Source of the DNA: Massalongia carnosa
Taxonomy: Eukaryota
DNA: 64,000 bases
NCBI GenBank assembly: GCA_965645245.1
Contig: OZ287088.1
Location: 558,001-622,000, forward strand
Direction: 5' to 3'
The position numbers were made by a program, and so were the translations under genes. The notes beneath the pieces are model-generated. The model saw only the letters and a list, made by a program, of their open reading frames with translations. It was not told the DNA's origin and searched no databases. Below, piece by piece: positions 1-10,876 of the stretch. The stretch's first letter is position 1, and every line of letters begins with the position of its first letter.

Positions 1-1106
1 AACTGTGCAACCGAATTGGTAGCTCCCATTGGTATAGATGTCATTCGCAATAGTCCTATTGGTGTCATGAAGGCGGTCATGTCTCGACTATGAACATCGA
101 GTTCCATTTGGTCATATCCTGAAAACAAGTCGATCAAGGAAGCGATGTGGCAGCCAGCAAAGTCCTCTGAGAATTCGTCTACCGAAGGTGGCAGATTTGC
201 GTCTCGGATGGTCACTTTGTTCATGTCTAGAGCCGCATTAATTAATCGGTACTTATTTTTCTCTTTCTTCTTCACTATGAACCATTGATTTCGATAGGGA
301 CCATGACAAGGTTCCAACGTTCCTCGCTGCAGTCGGTCCTTCGGCATCTCTATCACCATCGGTACCAGGGCCCTTGGCAATGGGAATGATGGGGTCTGCC
401 ATGCCTCATGTGGAATGGTGTTGATTTTACATGGTGGAGACACCTCAGGTTTGACTCTGCCCATCTCCGAAAACTCCCATGACAGCGCTGCTTCTCGGTT
501 GTATAACATCTGGGTCAACACTTCTTTCTCAGCAGACGTCATACTGTCGCCCACTGTCATTCACTGCAGCCGTTCCGGTGTCAATCGTGAACCTTTGAAT
601 ATTGTCGAGAACTTTGGAATCAGCCAATCAGGAAAATTTTCTGACTTTGGTAGACCTCTCTCTTTCTCTAGCGCCTTCGCCTTCCAATCTGCCATTCCAC
701 CAGGTATGGTGCCATCCGACTGGTCAGAATTCACTGGTCGAACTTTTACCTCTTTCCGCTTATACGCCGTGTCAACTCTCACCGTACTCCGCTTGCCGAA
801 CACTCTGTTTTGATTGATTGTATATATGTCGAATTTTCGAGAGAACCTTAGAGAAGAAAGTCCGACCGAGCCAATTGAACGCGACGGTGTAAAGGCGCGA
901 ATATAGTGATCCATCGCTGCCACTTCCGCAATAGTCGCTGAGGGAGTTAGGGCTATTTGATTTAACAGGCCGGGCCTGTTAAATGGAACGGAAGAACCAC
1001 TTTCCGGAAGTCCCACCCTAACACTCGATACTTTCGCTCTCTCCAGGTTTTTACCACCACTACCAACCATGGACCTGTTCTGCACATGGTGGTTGGTCAG
1101 TTTAAA
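1..1106 (-). pseudogene. pol: pol (RT N-terminal part) of Gypsy 1, in the -1 frame relative to gag, with an in-frame TGA at 561-563
   Basis: The frame of ORF 561..1085 continues past the TGA as MTVGDS...KYRLINAALDMNKVT...SLIDLFSGYDQMEL...TAFMTPIGLLRMTSIPMGATNS, which are Ty3/Gypsy RT motifs. Confidence 0.88.
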
Positions 1107-3487
1107 TTCTCCTCTCGGCCCTCCGGAAACAGGTCCTCTGCAGTACGATTTTTACTAGTTGAGTCAGAAGTTGCGGTGAATTTGGCAGCTCGGTTTCCCT
1201 CCTCCGCATGTATAGTACATTCCACCTCGTTATTCTGATAATCCATATCGACACGCATCTGATGAAGGTAAGGTTGGCCCAACACTAATTGATGATCCGC
1301 AGCGTCGATGACAAATATGTGATTGAGCGACACTATTCCGCCAATATTAACCTCAACGTCCTCACATACACCTAGGAATTCTTTCCGGTCTCCAGTATGA
1401 GAAATAAGATTGATATTGGGATAGGGTCGCATAGCTAGGCCTTTACTCTTGGCCACGTTGTACGTCATCACATTCACTTCAGCGCCGGAGTCTAGGAGAG
1501 ACTTATACCTGTTGCCATCGCCGATCTGCACTTTGGCCTTTGGTGTTGACCTCGTGTAGGCCCTGCGAAGTCGCGGGTCCCGAATGCCAATTGAACCAAT
1601 TTTTACCGTTGGACCCTCTGCCTTTTCCGGTTCGGCATTCCGTGTCATCTTATTGACCACCGGTTTAAACGTAGGCATCATGGCCATCAGATTTCCATAG
1701 GTCAGTCCTCCAGCACCAGGCAAAGGTATTTGCAAACAACGACTCTGTATTAGGTCCATGTTGAACTCATGTTTCGCGATCCGTAGAAACTCTTCGGTGC
1801 CCATCTGTTCTATCGCAGACCGAACCTCCTTTCGGATGGGGCCTGTCGGAACCCCGACCCTATGTTTCTTTCCTTTGCCGCCGCCGCTGCTACTGCGGAG
1901 GCGGCTAGCTGGGCCCGCCTCCGTCATGGTCACATCTTCTTCCAAAGGGTCGGCGAATGTAACACGAGGTTCAGTCGCATGAGATTTATCAGTTACAATT
2001 GAGCTAGGTGGCCTTGATTGGTCAGAGTTGTCACTCCGACGTTCTACCGAGGCAGGAACCGGGTTCCAACTGCCATATCTGGGTGCTTTCGGTACTGCGA
2101 ACTTGTCCTCGCGTTCAGCCCTGCGTTTCAGAATTCGCTTAGCTGGCTCCCTCCAGCTCTCCTCGACAGGCTTCTGTTGTTCCGTTCTAGCTGAATTGAC
2201 AGAGGTGGTGTCGATGATGGTCACCTCAGGGTCCCATTCTTCATCAGATGAATATTCGTCCGCGCTATCCTCGCCAATTCGAACTGAGTGGACATCAGCA
2301 CTTTGGTCCGCATGACTGAATTGATTGGCCAGCATTTTTGCGCGCCTAATGGACTCCTTCTGTGTCACCCCGGGCACATGCCGAATGGGATTGGAATATG
2401 TGCCCATCGGTCCTAGACATAACAACCCTCGCTCATTCAGATGAATAACACCATTCCGCTGGTCGGCATCAAACTCCGGGCAGTTCCTCCGCCTATCATG
2501 GGTCTCCTTCTCTCCACAGTATGTGCAGGAATCCTCCCCTCCATACTGACGGTCATTCGGTTTCTGGCCATCATAAGGTGCCTGTCTACCAGGTGACTGT
2601 GAACGGTTCCGAGTCTGCTGACTGTTCTGATTGGCTGGACGGGCCTGAGTTCCCGCCATCAGGACCAGCGCATCAAACCTTTCGGTTAAACCGGCAATAG
2701 CCTTCTCCGTGGACTTCGACAAACTAACGGTCGAACTGTCTGCAACTGGTCGGGTAAGTGAATTCATGATATTTTCATGACCATCCAGCACTATCTTCCT
2801 ATCAAATTGATCGGCTAGGGCACTATATTTGTCAGTAACACTCTTCTCAGTCCGCATCACCTCTTTATATTTGAGCCTCGCCTCCACTAGTCCCAATGTC
2901 TTCTTCACCAATCCATCAAAGTCCTTCATCACATTATCGTCAAAATCAACACCTCGGCGGAAGAACAACTCCTCGCGTACGTCCTTGGGAAGGCCCTGTA
3001 GGAACCACTGATTGCGTGTATAAATATCTAGCTTTTCCTGACCAATTAGGACTTTGGATATGGCCCCGAACTTTCGGCAAAAGTTTCGCACGTCATCTTC
3101 ACTAGTACGTTCCTTGTCCTTGTATGACTCCAAAAACGCTCGAGAATTCACCTGCTGAATACTATCACCAGCCTTATACTCCTTCTTCATCACCTTACAT
3201 AGCTGAGCCCATCTTCTTTCCACAAAGTCAGGTAGTGACTCCACCGTCTGTCCAATTAGCATGTCACAATAGCGGGGTAACCTACGAATCTTTTCATTGT
3301 TCCCGACGTGGTAGTCTTCGCACATGTCTTCATACCTACTCAAGAACTCCGACACATTTTTACCTTGAAAGAATGGGGTCCCGGGAGTCCCCGGCTGAGG
3401 CATGGTCATCACAAACCCGAAGGGCCCTGCAGACATAGCAGGTCTATTCCCAGAGTACTCGGGACTAGTCGTAGAAGGAGTAGTCAT
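1097..3487 (-). CDS. gag: Gag plus aspartic protease polyprotein (796 aa) of Gypsy 1
   Basis: Fungal gag-like N-terminus (PFFQGKNVSEFL), Zn-knuckle-like CTYCGEKETHDRRRNC, retropepsin motifs LLDSGAEVN and LVLGQPY. Confidence 0.9.
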   Translation of the reverse strand: MTTPSTTSPEYSGNRPAMSAGPFGFVMTMPQPGTPGTPFFQGKNVSEFLSRYEDMCEDYHVGNNEKIRRLPRYCDMLIGQTVESLPDFVERRWAQLCKVMKKEYKAGDSIQQVNSRAFLESYKDKERTSEDDVRNFCRKFGAISKVLIGQEKLDIYTRNQWFLQGLPKDVREELFFRRGVDFDDNVMKDFDGLVKKTLGLVEARLKYKEVMRTEKSVTDKYSALADQFDRKIVLDGHENIMNSLTRPVADSSTVSLSKSTEKAIAGLTERFDALVLMAGTQARPANQNSQQTRNRSQSPGRQAPYDGQKPNDRQYGGEDSCTYCGEKETHDRRRNCPEFDADQRNGVIHLNERGLLCLGPMGTYSNPIRHVPGVTQKESIRRAKMLANQFSHADQSADVHSVRIGEDSADEYSSDEEWDPEVTIIDTTSVNSARTEQQKPVEESWREPAKRILKRRAEREDKFAVPKAPRYGSWNPVPASVERRSDNSDQSRPPSSIVTDKSHATEPRVTFADPLEEDVTMTEAGPASRLRSSSGGGKGKKHRVGVPTGPIRKEVRSAIEQMGTEEFLRIAKHEFNMDLIQSRCLQIPLPGAGGLTYGNLMAMMPTFKPVVNKMTRNAEPEKAEGPTVKIGSIGIRDPRLRRAYTRSTPKAKVQIGDGNRYKSLLDSGAEVNVMTYNVAKSKGLAMRPYPNINLISHTGDRKEFLGVCEDVEVNIGGIVSLNHIFVIDAADHQLVLGQPYLHQMRVDMDYQNNEVECTIHAEEGNRAAKFTATSDSTSKNRTAEDLFPEGREENLN

Positions 3488-4345
3488 GTCGCTGATTGTT
3501 GCACCACTAGACTGATTTTCGATTGTAGATATGGTAGCCGACGATGAACTCTCACACTCAGGTCGAGTTGGTGGGCTAGTTCGGACAGCAGTCTCAGTAG
3601 CAGGTTCAGTATGCTTGCAGGTAGTAGTAGCAAGTCGCTCAAATATAGGTAGGAGGTGTGTAACGATTTTCGAAAGAAGAGCTGTTGTTGTTTCCTTGTC
3701 CTCTCTATTCGACTGACAACAGTAGTGATGACAGTGCGGGCTAGTAGGATGAATGTATGGTGGAGGTAGGTCCGAAGGCCTGTTATGCTGATATGCTTTG
3801 TGCTCGACACTGTCTGACAGGATGAATAAGGTGAAAAAGATGGATGAAATGATCTGTTGAAGATGGGCAGTGAGGCAGCTTTTATGCCTCCTCGGTGCCG
3901 TTCAGTCGCCATGGTCTCGATTCCGGATAGCCTTCGGGCAGGAATGCGGTACTTTCCGAACCCCATGTTTCTGGTGGGTCCTTCTGTTCACATTGTCAAA
4001 TCGACGTCGTCGCTCAGTCCTCGAGGCTGCTCGCTTATTCTCACGATCTTCTCAAACAGGATTAGCTTGCCACCGAGACGAAATTCGAGCTCGCTGATTG
4101 GTTCGGGTCAAATCGGCCACCTATCTCCCGCCTATCGGAATCGTGATGTCGCTACGTTAGACTCTCGACCGTCTCCACCGTGTCGCAGACTATTCGAGTC
4201 CGTCTCTTCCCCTATAATCAATTCCGCACGTTCAGGTGAGGTCTGTTCGCATCGCCACCCTCTGTCAGGGTCAAATGGATGCCCCCGTTCTTTCTGTCTT
4301 CCTCCGGTCGCTGTATGTCGTTTTCCCACTATCTCTAGATCTCTG

Positions 4346-4450
4346 TACGCTGTCGCTGCTTCTAGATCGCTGTTTCCTGTCGCTGTCGCCTGTCGCTATT
4401 TCCTGTCGCTGTTTCCTGTCGCTGTCGCCTGTCACTGTCGCTGTCGCTGT
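4346..4450. repeat. Degenerate (CTGTCG)n simple repeat in the Gypsy 1 leader
   Basis: Repeated ctgtcg/cctgtcg units are directly visible. Confidence 0.8.
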
Positions 4451-4524
4451 AAGTCTACTGTCTGTCTCACATGTCTATCTAGACTCGTCGTTTGATTCCT
4501 GCTCCCGGTCAAATAGAGATCGCA

Positions 4525-4536
4525 CCGTGGTCGCCA
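4525..4536 (-). promoter_or_regulatory. tRNA primer-binding site of Gypsy 1 (TGGCGACCACGG), possibly for tRNA-Ser
   Basis: The minus strand reads ...TCCACA tt TGGCGACCACGG. Its complement ends in ...G-CCA (G discriminator, typical of Ser tRNAs); the tRNA identity is inferred. Confidence 0.65.
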
Positions 4537-4947
4537 AATGTGGAAGGAGGAACTGGGTGGTGTGCGTGGTCCACTACTGCTAGGAGTGCAAGAGAACAAA
4601 CAAACAAGAGAAGAACAGAACAATAGAATAAGAACAATAGCTCGACTGATCACTGTAAGCCTCGCGCCTCGTGCCTGATGCCTCGTGCCTGTGAACTGTA
4701 TGTGTTGATGCTATGTGTTGTAGCTATTGCTACGAACATGCTTGCTCTAAAAGGAAAAGAACTATCTATAACTAAACTAAAAGAAAGACTGTCACCTGAC
4801 TTCCCCGCTACCTTTACCGAGTATCAGCCGAAAAGAACCAACTCCCGAACCGCTAGCAATTTGAATTTAGAGTATCACCGCTCCACCCCCCTACACCGTT
4901 CAACCCGGTCAATTTTTTTTTGCAAATTAATCAAAAAAATTCGATCG

Positions 4948-6769
4948 ATGATGAAAATGATAATGATGATAAATTCTTATACCGATATGTTACCGGCCGA
5001 TGGCCGGCCCATGCGGGCGTGGTTCTATATGACTATTGTACAAAGGAAAACCTTTTTAAGAATAAAAACCTAGTAATCAGTATTATCGCCTGCAGGATCC
5101 CCATGACCCCTCAGTGTACCTAATAACATGTATCTATGAGGTCCTTAAAAGAAAAAGGAAAAGAACGAAAGAAAAGGGGAAGAAGTCAAATTTTTTAAAT
5201 GCTGTGTTGACGGGAAATATCTGTACAGCATGGTCGCTGCAAATGAAAACTGTTTTAGTATATCTGCCCGCATTAGCCATGCTGTCAACTTTTTCCATTT
5301 TGCGGAATTTTCAATTATCGTGCGATAATTGTTAGTTTTCACTTGATTAAATAATTCATTTCTTCCTTCTATAAACTGAGAGTGCATGATGACGTGTTTA
5401 GCCGTCTGCCTTGGCTATCCATATATGCACGCCGGTGAGTTTACATTGGGTACCCTTCGGTTGAAAAGAAAGTTGGCTAGCCCGATTTCTCCGTGCGAAT
5501 TTGCGTTGCTAGTAAACTCTCCGCTTTTGCCAAATTGCTGTGAATTTTTAATCTCTTTTTGTCAAGCGAAGCTTGTTGATTCTCGGTGGGGAGTGGAATG
5601 CGCTTTTGATAAGTCGCCTATGTTGACTTCTATATTTTCAAATGATGCTCCATGAGCCGCGTATAATGTGCCCGTTAGGCCGTTCGCGCTTCACTTAGCT
5701 CCTTGGGATATTCTGGACTAGCCTTATACCAAGGGGGCGCGGAAGGCGGTAATCTGACGGCGGCTTCTCTAATTAACATTGCCTTGGCCCATGCTAGTTT
5801 GTCTATGGCGAGAGCTAGTGCGAGACCGATGCTATTCGGCTACCAGCGGATCGGCTACCAGCGGTTCTCCACGCTTGACGGGGACAAAAGGTGATGCAAA
5901 ATCCGGACCTCTTCGGTGTTGCACGGTTATCCGCCGGGACCTGGTTGGGATAATGACGGGTGATCAGATAGGGAAGGATAGATGACAGGGGGGAGATGGA
6001 GGCTATATAGAGGGCCAAAGCAGTCCTATATCTCCTCATCATCTCGGATTCGGAGGTAGCACTGTAAAGTAGTTTTTGACCCACCCACCCACTCCAGGTC
6101 TCAGCCGCAAAGGTAGAGGGAGTATCCACCGCGATCTGCACCAAGGCCCGAAAGGGGGCGCTAGGTAGAGGTGGCGGCGAGAGTGACGGTGCCAGCGAGG
6201 TGCAGATCGCTGTGTTTCCGCCAACCTTAGAAATAGAAGCAATACGAGGTCACATGAACTAGTGTGTTTTAGTTCTTTGGGTGTTGGCGGCGGAGTTCTT
6301 CTTCGACCCGCTCTTTCCCGTAGCTTGTTAGCTATTATCTTACATGTGGAGTTAGCGAGTGTTTTTTGCCCTGTGATTCGTAGTCGATATCTGGATTTAG
6401 CCTGCAGTTGATCCAAATACATATCTATTGGGGCTATATGTATTTCTGCCACCAGCACCAGTATCGGGGTAGCCTTGAACACTCCGGCGACAATGCGTGG
6501 TTATCTGTTCTGAATGACCGCCAATTTGGACGTTATAGATTTATTTCTATTTACGTCTTTCGGGGTGTGCCAGACGATTGAACCATATGTCGTGGCCGGC
6601 CACACTACCGCCGTGTATACTTGCCTGGCCCTAGCGAACGATATTCCCCAGGTAGACGTGGAAGTTTTTGTTAAGGCCATACTCTGCTTGACTATCTTCT
6701 GCATTTTCCGTATGTGAGCACCCCACTTAAGTTTGGTATCTATTTAAAGACCGAGTATTCTTATATCCG
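4948..6769 (-). mobile_element. Tad1-like LINE family B, 3' half (RT C-terminus, CCHC tail, 3'UTR, (ATC)n-like tail), degenerate
   Basis: DIRILGL*IDTKLKWGAHIRKMQK..., WGISFARARQVYTAVV, FKATPI, TQIRTEK and LTAWLMRADIL; 3'UTR motif gcatgggccggccatcggccgg. Confidence 0.85.
5794..6262. mobile_element. 469-bp insertion in LINE-B, possibly solo-LTR-like
   Basis: Removing it restores ...KELKHT-WAKAML in frame. Ends are CTAGTT...AACTAG, with an internal TATATA and a TG...CA core at 5800-6254. Confidence 0.5.
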
Positions 6770-6774
6770 ACATG

Positions 6775-6990
6775 AGAAGCAGACAGCTGCTATCATGGAA
6801 GGGATAAGGGAATATAACCTGAATGGGGGAGTAGATGTCCTGCTACCATGAAGGGAGAATAACCCGAATGGGGAAGCAGATGCCCTGCCATCATAAGGGA
6901 AATACAACTCGAATGGGGGAGCAGATATCCTGCCACCATAAAGGAAGTATATCCCAAATAGGGGAGCAGCTGTGCTGTCACCATAAGGGA
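6775..6990 (-). repeat. ~45-bp tandem repeat (4-5 units) of an unclassified element that continues at 17206+ on the plus strand
   Basis: The unit resembles ATGATGGCAGGGCATCTGCTTCCCCATTCGGGTTATTCTCCCTTC and appears as repeated MVAGHLLPHSGY in ORF 6793..7095. A related unit lies at ~17262-17300 (+). Confidence 0.75.
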
Positions 6991-7439
6991 TAGAATAGAA
7001 GTTGCAAAGAGAGGATAACTCGCATGACGGAGCACATCACTTGCTATTGCCATAATGGAAGGAAGTGTAGAAAGAACAACCAACTTCGTTAGCACCCTGC
7101 TCTGTTGATACGAAGTAGTTTTTTCATTTTTATCTTTCTTTTACATGAGAAAGTGATATTGTCTTCGATCAGTTACTGAATTTTAATACTACCTTCACCA
7201 CGGCTACACCGATAAGGAAATTGATCGGAAATGGGAGTTTAAATTATCCTCTAACCCCCTTTATAGGTGTAGCGCAGCCCTGCGAGCCTTCTCCTTTATG
7301 CAGTTTTCTCTCCTCCCTACCTGATATACTATTTAAGTCGAAACATCAAAAAAATTTCATAAATATTAACTCTTTGATTAATGAAAATATATTTATTGAT
7401 TAAATTTTCACTGATATTTATATTATTGTAATATTTAAA

Positions 7440-7732
7440 GGCGAAGTACGAACAGTGTGACTATATGGCTATACAGTAGTAGTAGGATAATAGAATAGGA
7501 CTCGCTATGGAATAGAAGTAGGTGGAGTGTAATCAATAGATTGATTAGTGGCCCTCCGAAAGAGGTAGGCGAAGGGCTCTTTATCCTATATCCCTACCTC
7601 GATAAGGCTACGTTCGTCAAACTAATTACTATTATATGATTGGACGGTTAGGACTATCGCACGGGTACCTTCCCGCGCATCCCCTGCAGAAGTGTGTGAC
7701 CGCTTCATGTCTTGTAGGAAGCTGTCCTGATA
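7440..7732. mobile_element. Solo LTR-like repeat, family Y (inverted relative to the 25175-25686 copy)
   Basis: Collinear reverse-complement similarity, for example gtaggtggagtgtaatcaatagattga...gtggccctccgaaagaggt. Confidence 0.7.
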
Positions 7733-7842
7733 AAAATTAACCGTAATTTCTCTTTTTTTTTCTTTTCATTTCATAAGACGTCACATTTTTAACAATATTT
7801 TCGCTTTGCTTCTTCTTTTCGACGTCGACTCGATATCACATC

Positions 7843-8040
7843 TGTTATGATCTATCTAGAGACAAGTTATAGGACACTGAAAACGAATACAATAAAGATA
7901 AAGAGGGAAAAGACAATCGAGAGCCAGATCCTGCCCCTATATATCCTATACTGCGCTAGTACTCATGTGGTATAGTCGTTATGGAACCTTCAAGTAGCTG
8001 CGGGATCGAAATCGAAAGTGCCCGCGTATTCCATCTACGT
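7843..8040. mobile_element. Solo LTR family X, truncated by a TIR element at 8042
   Basis: Starts TGTTATGATCTA and is similar to 27345-27595 and to the reverse complement of 25182-25407. Confidence 0.8.
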
Positions 8041-8041
8041 A

Positions 8042-8190
8042 CGCCGCGCAACAGGTCGGGTGTAGTCAGGTTTTAACTAGTCGAACCCGACCCGCTACCG
8101 GGCTGAGGAACCTGTAGTGCTTAACCCGGTGGGTTGGGGAACCGTTCCCGGGTTAACCCGTTTGACCCGTTCGACCCGGTCGATTTTCTA
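8042..8190. mobile_element. End of a TIR DNA element or MITE with the same TIR as 26091-26238
   Basis: ta|cgccgcgcaacaggtcgggt matches that MITE's TIR and is followed by aacccg-type subterminal repeats. The right boundary is uncertain. Confidence 0.6.
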
Positions 8191-8384
8191 TGTCATTTTT
8201 AAACGTGTTTATTAGACGTTTTAAACACATTTGAAAATTCAGAAAATTCAGAAAATTAATCATTAAGAAACGATAATTAGTAAGCAAAATTTTTATCGTT
8301 TTAAACTTCATATTTCGATCAAATTTTTTTTTAATCTTTTCATTGATTTATATCATGGCTTCCTCGCAGAGTAAGCATGATATA

Positions 8385-9110
8385 TTGATTGATTGATTTA
8401 TTTATTCTTATTCCGATATGACACCGGCCGAAGGCCGGCCCATGCGGGCTGTCTATGTTTATCATACAAGGAAAACCCTTCTTGGGAATAAAAACCCCGT
8501 AGACTACGCACTACCTCCGGAGCCTCGCTGGCAACAGGCTGCTCTCTGTGATCGTTTTTCTTTAGAATCCTTGACGAAAATGAGAAGTTATATCTCGTAT
8601 AACATTTGCGATGCTAGTGAGAACTGTGTTAACAAGTTTGCTTTTATTATCCATGCAGTTAGCTTTTTCAGCATTTTCGACGAACGCGTAATCGTCCGGT
8701 AGTCGTGGGTGCCCAATTGTCTGAGCAGCTCATATCTGCCTTCGATTAGTCTGCAGTGTAATATGATGTGTTTGGCAGTCTGTTTCTGCCAGCCACACGA
8801 GCAAGCTGGAGTCATAGCTCCCGGAACCCGACGATTGAACAGGAAGTTTGCCAAACCTATTTTCTCAGTGCGGATTTGCGTGGTTAGCGCGCTTTCCGCC
8901 TTCATCAAGTTGTCATGAATCTTCAATCTAGTTCTGTTGAGTGGTCCGAGCTGTGCCTCTGTTGGGTAGGGAACGCGGTCCTGATACGCCTTCCACCTGG
9001 TCTCCCAACGCTCCTTGATTCGTACTGTAATGGTCTTTGCGTGCTTTCCGATAATTCAACGTGCCGTGATGTATTTCTCGAGACGGACAGGGTCGGGTCC
9101 TGACAGCATG
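8385..9110 (-). mobile_element. 5'-truncated LINE family B-related copy (ORF2 C-terminus, 3'UTR, (CAAT)n tail)
   Basis: ORF 8588..8926 has KAESALTTQIRTEKIGLANFLF...CSCGWQKQTAKHIILHC; 3'UTR ccggccttcggccgg hairpin. Confidence 0.88.
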
Positions 9111-9211
9111 ATATATTTACGTTTAACATGAAATGAAAAAATTTATATAATAATTACGTTATAGATTTGCAGATTCTTGTATTAAATGTATATGAGTTGT
9201 ATCGAGCGACC

Positions 9212-10876
9212 ATGAACGAAAATCTCGTACCAAGAAGTGCACAGTGCGAAAGTGAGCATAGAAAGGCGAAAGAGTCTCTAGTAATTAAAATCAAAGAGTA
9301 TCTTGCCCGTGTCTGTAACGTAGGAGACCCGGTTGCGTTGCAAATTTTGCAGGAATCGAGAATTGTGCTGGAGGCACAAAATCATTTAGACAAAAAATCG
9401 CACGACACCACATACGTGGTATCTGCTCTAAATGATATCAAAAGCACTCTATAGAGAATTGAAAGTAGAAAGGAGATCCCAACAGCAAGAAACTATGCCG
9501 CCGTCGCCGCGACGGGACACCTCAATGAGGGCGGATCTGTGCCGGTTCGAAGCACTCTTAAAAACGTAAAGACGTAGAAAGCGAAGGAACAAACACCAAG
9601 TATGATCAAAAGGGCAAGGGAACTCACCATACGAGTGACGAAGAGCGAGGACCGATAATGAATAAAACTAACGTCTACAAAGGACTTGGTGGAGGCGCTA
9701 CAGAAAAGAAATGCAGGAATAATAGGAGTATCGCGTCTCAACAGTGGTGACATTAGGATACATACTGAAACGGCAGCGATTAAGAAGTCACTGTATTACA
9801 ATACGGGCTGGGTGTGTGAAGTAGCCGCATCGGCAATGGTGCAAAAGCGTATCTTTGCCATATAGGTACGTGGCGTCAGGATGCAACACATCGACGTCAC
9901 CAATCAGACGAGAGCCATTGAGTATCTGCATGCCGTTAATGCCCGACTGCATTCGGGACTGAAGATCGTAAAGGTCGCTTGGTCTAACAAGGCCATCAGA
10001 GAAGGAAAAGTGTACTCTACGCTGCACATGGAAGTTGAAACTGCACCGATGGCCAACCAGCTCATCGCTGAAAGTCTACTCGTAGACTACGAGATCAAGC
10101 ACTGTGAAAGATTTCACAAAAATAACGTACTAGTGCAATGCTTCAACTGCTATAAGTATGGGCATATCAGTAAATGGTGTAAATACCACATGGCCTGTAG
10201 GCATTGTGCCGGCGGATATTCTACGCACGAGTGCAATCCCGAGACGACCGGAGCCCACCCCATGTGTGCCACGTGCGAGAAACCTGTTCACCCAGCGTTG
10301 TCCCCTGTGTATGTAGTTCGAACAAAGGAGATGAAGAAAGTAAACGACGCAAGGAAAAAGAAAAGTTCATCTATACGAAGCTGAAGGGCTGGCGGTGGCG
10401 CCAGCATTCAATTTCAGAGCCAGCAACCCCTCAGCAGAGGCAGGGACTACAACGGTAGACCTAGACTTACGGACGGAAGACTTGCCTACCACATGGAGTC
10501 ATATTAATGTGAAAATAAGGAAATTATCGCGCACAATAACCCAATCCGCCACAGAGGCGAATCAGCCGAGGAGCCTACCAGGTGCCAAGACCGGAATCAC
10601 ATGGAAGAACATCGAGATCATAAACCCGGCAAATAGAATAAGGGCGATGACGAAGCCCACTCTGGGTAGAACCCCCAACGCTGTCAATAGTGCCCCCTGC
10701 CCCCTACTACCCTATCTCCTCCTATCCCTCTCCTATCCAAATCAGCAGTCACCCTAACCGCTCCGCCCCCCACCTACCATCCCACCGCGACCGCTCCGCA
10801 AGGGGCCTACTTGGAAGTACAAATCCCTACCCAATCGAAAACGACTCCCTCGAGAGACTTGGATGAAGCTTTATGA
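9212..10876 (+). pseudogene. LINE-B ORF1 (gag-like, three Cys/His knuckles) with stops and frameshifts
   Basis: QCFNCYKYGHISKWC..CRHCAGGYSTHEC..CATCEKPVH in ORF 9881..10384. It ends with an ATGA overlap into ORF2 at 10873-10876. Confidence 0.85.

Larger units (their letters stand above)
1..4738 (-). mobile_element. Ty3/Gypsy LTR retrotransposon 1 (5' portion; runs off the left edge)
   Basis: Gag-protease ORF, RT motifs at 1-560, and a PBS next to a ...TCCACA LTR end at 4539. The outer LTR boundary (~4738) is a guess. Confidence 0.85.

Noticed and set aside
3857..4583. Plus-strand ORFs antisense to the Gypsy 1 leader
   Set aside because: They run through a stop-poor (CTGTCG)n repeat and have no recognisable domain.
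7293..8040. Inverted segmental duplication with 24742-25686
   Set aside because: The same repeat families occur in both places, but adjacent in one and nested with their own TSD in the other, and the intervening DNA is unrelated; these are independent insertions.
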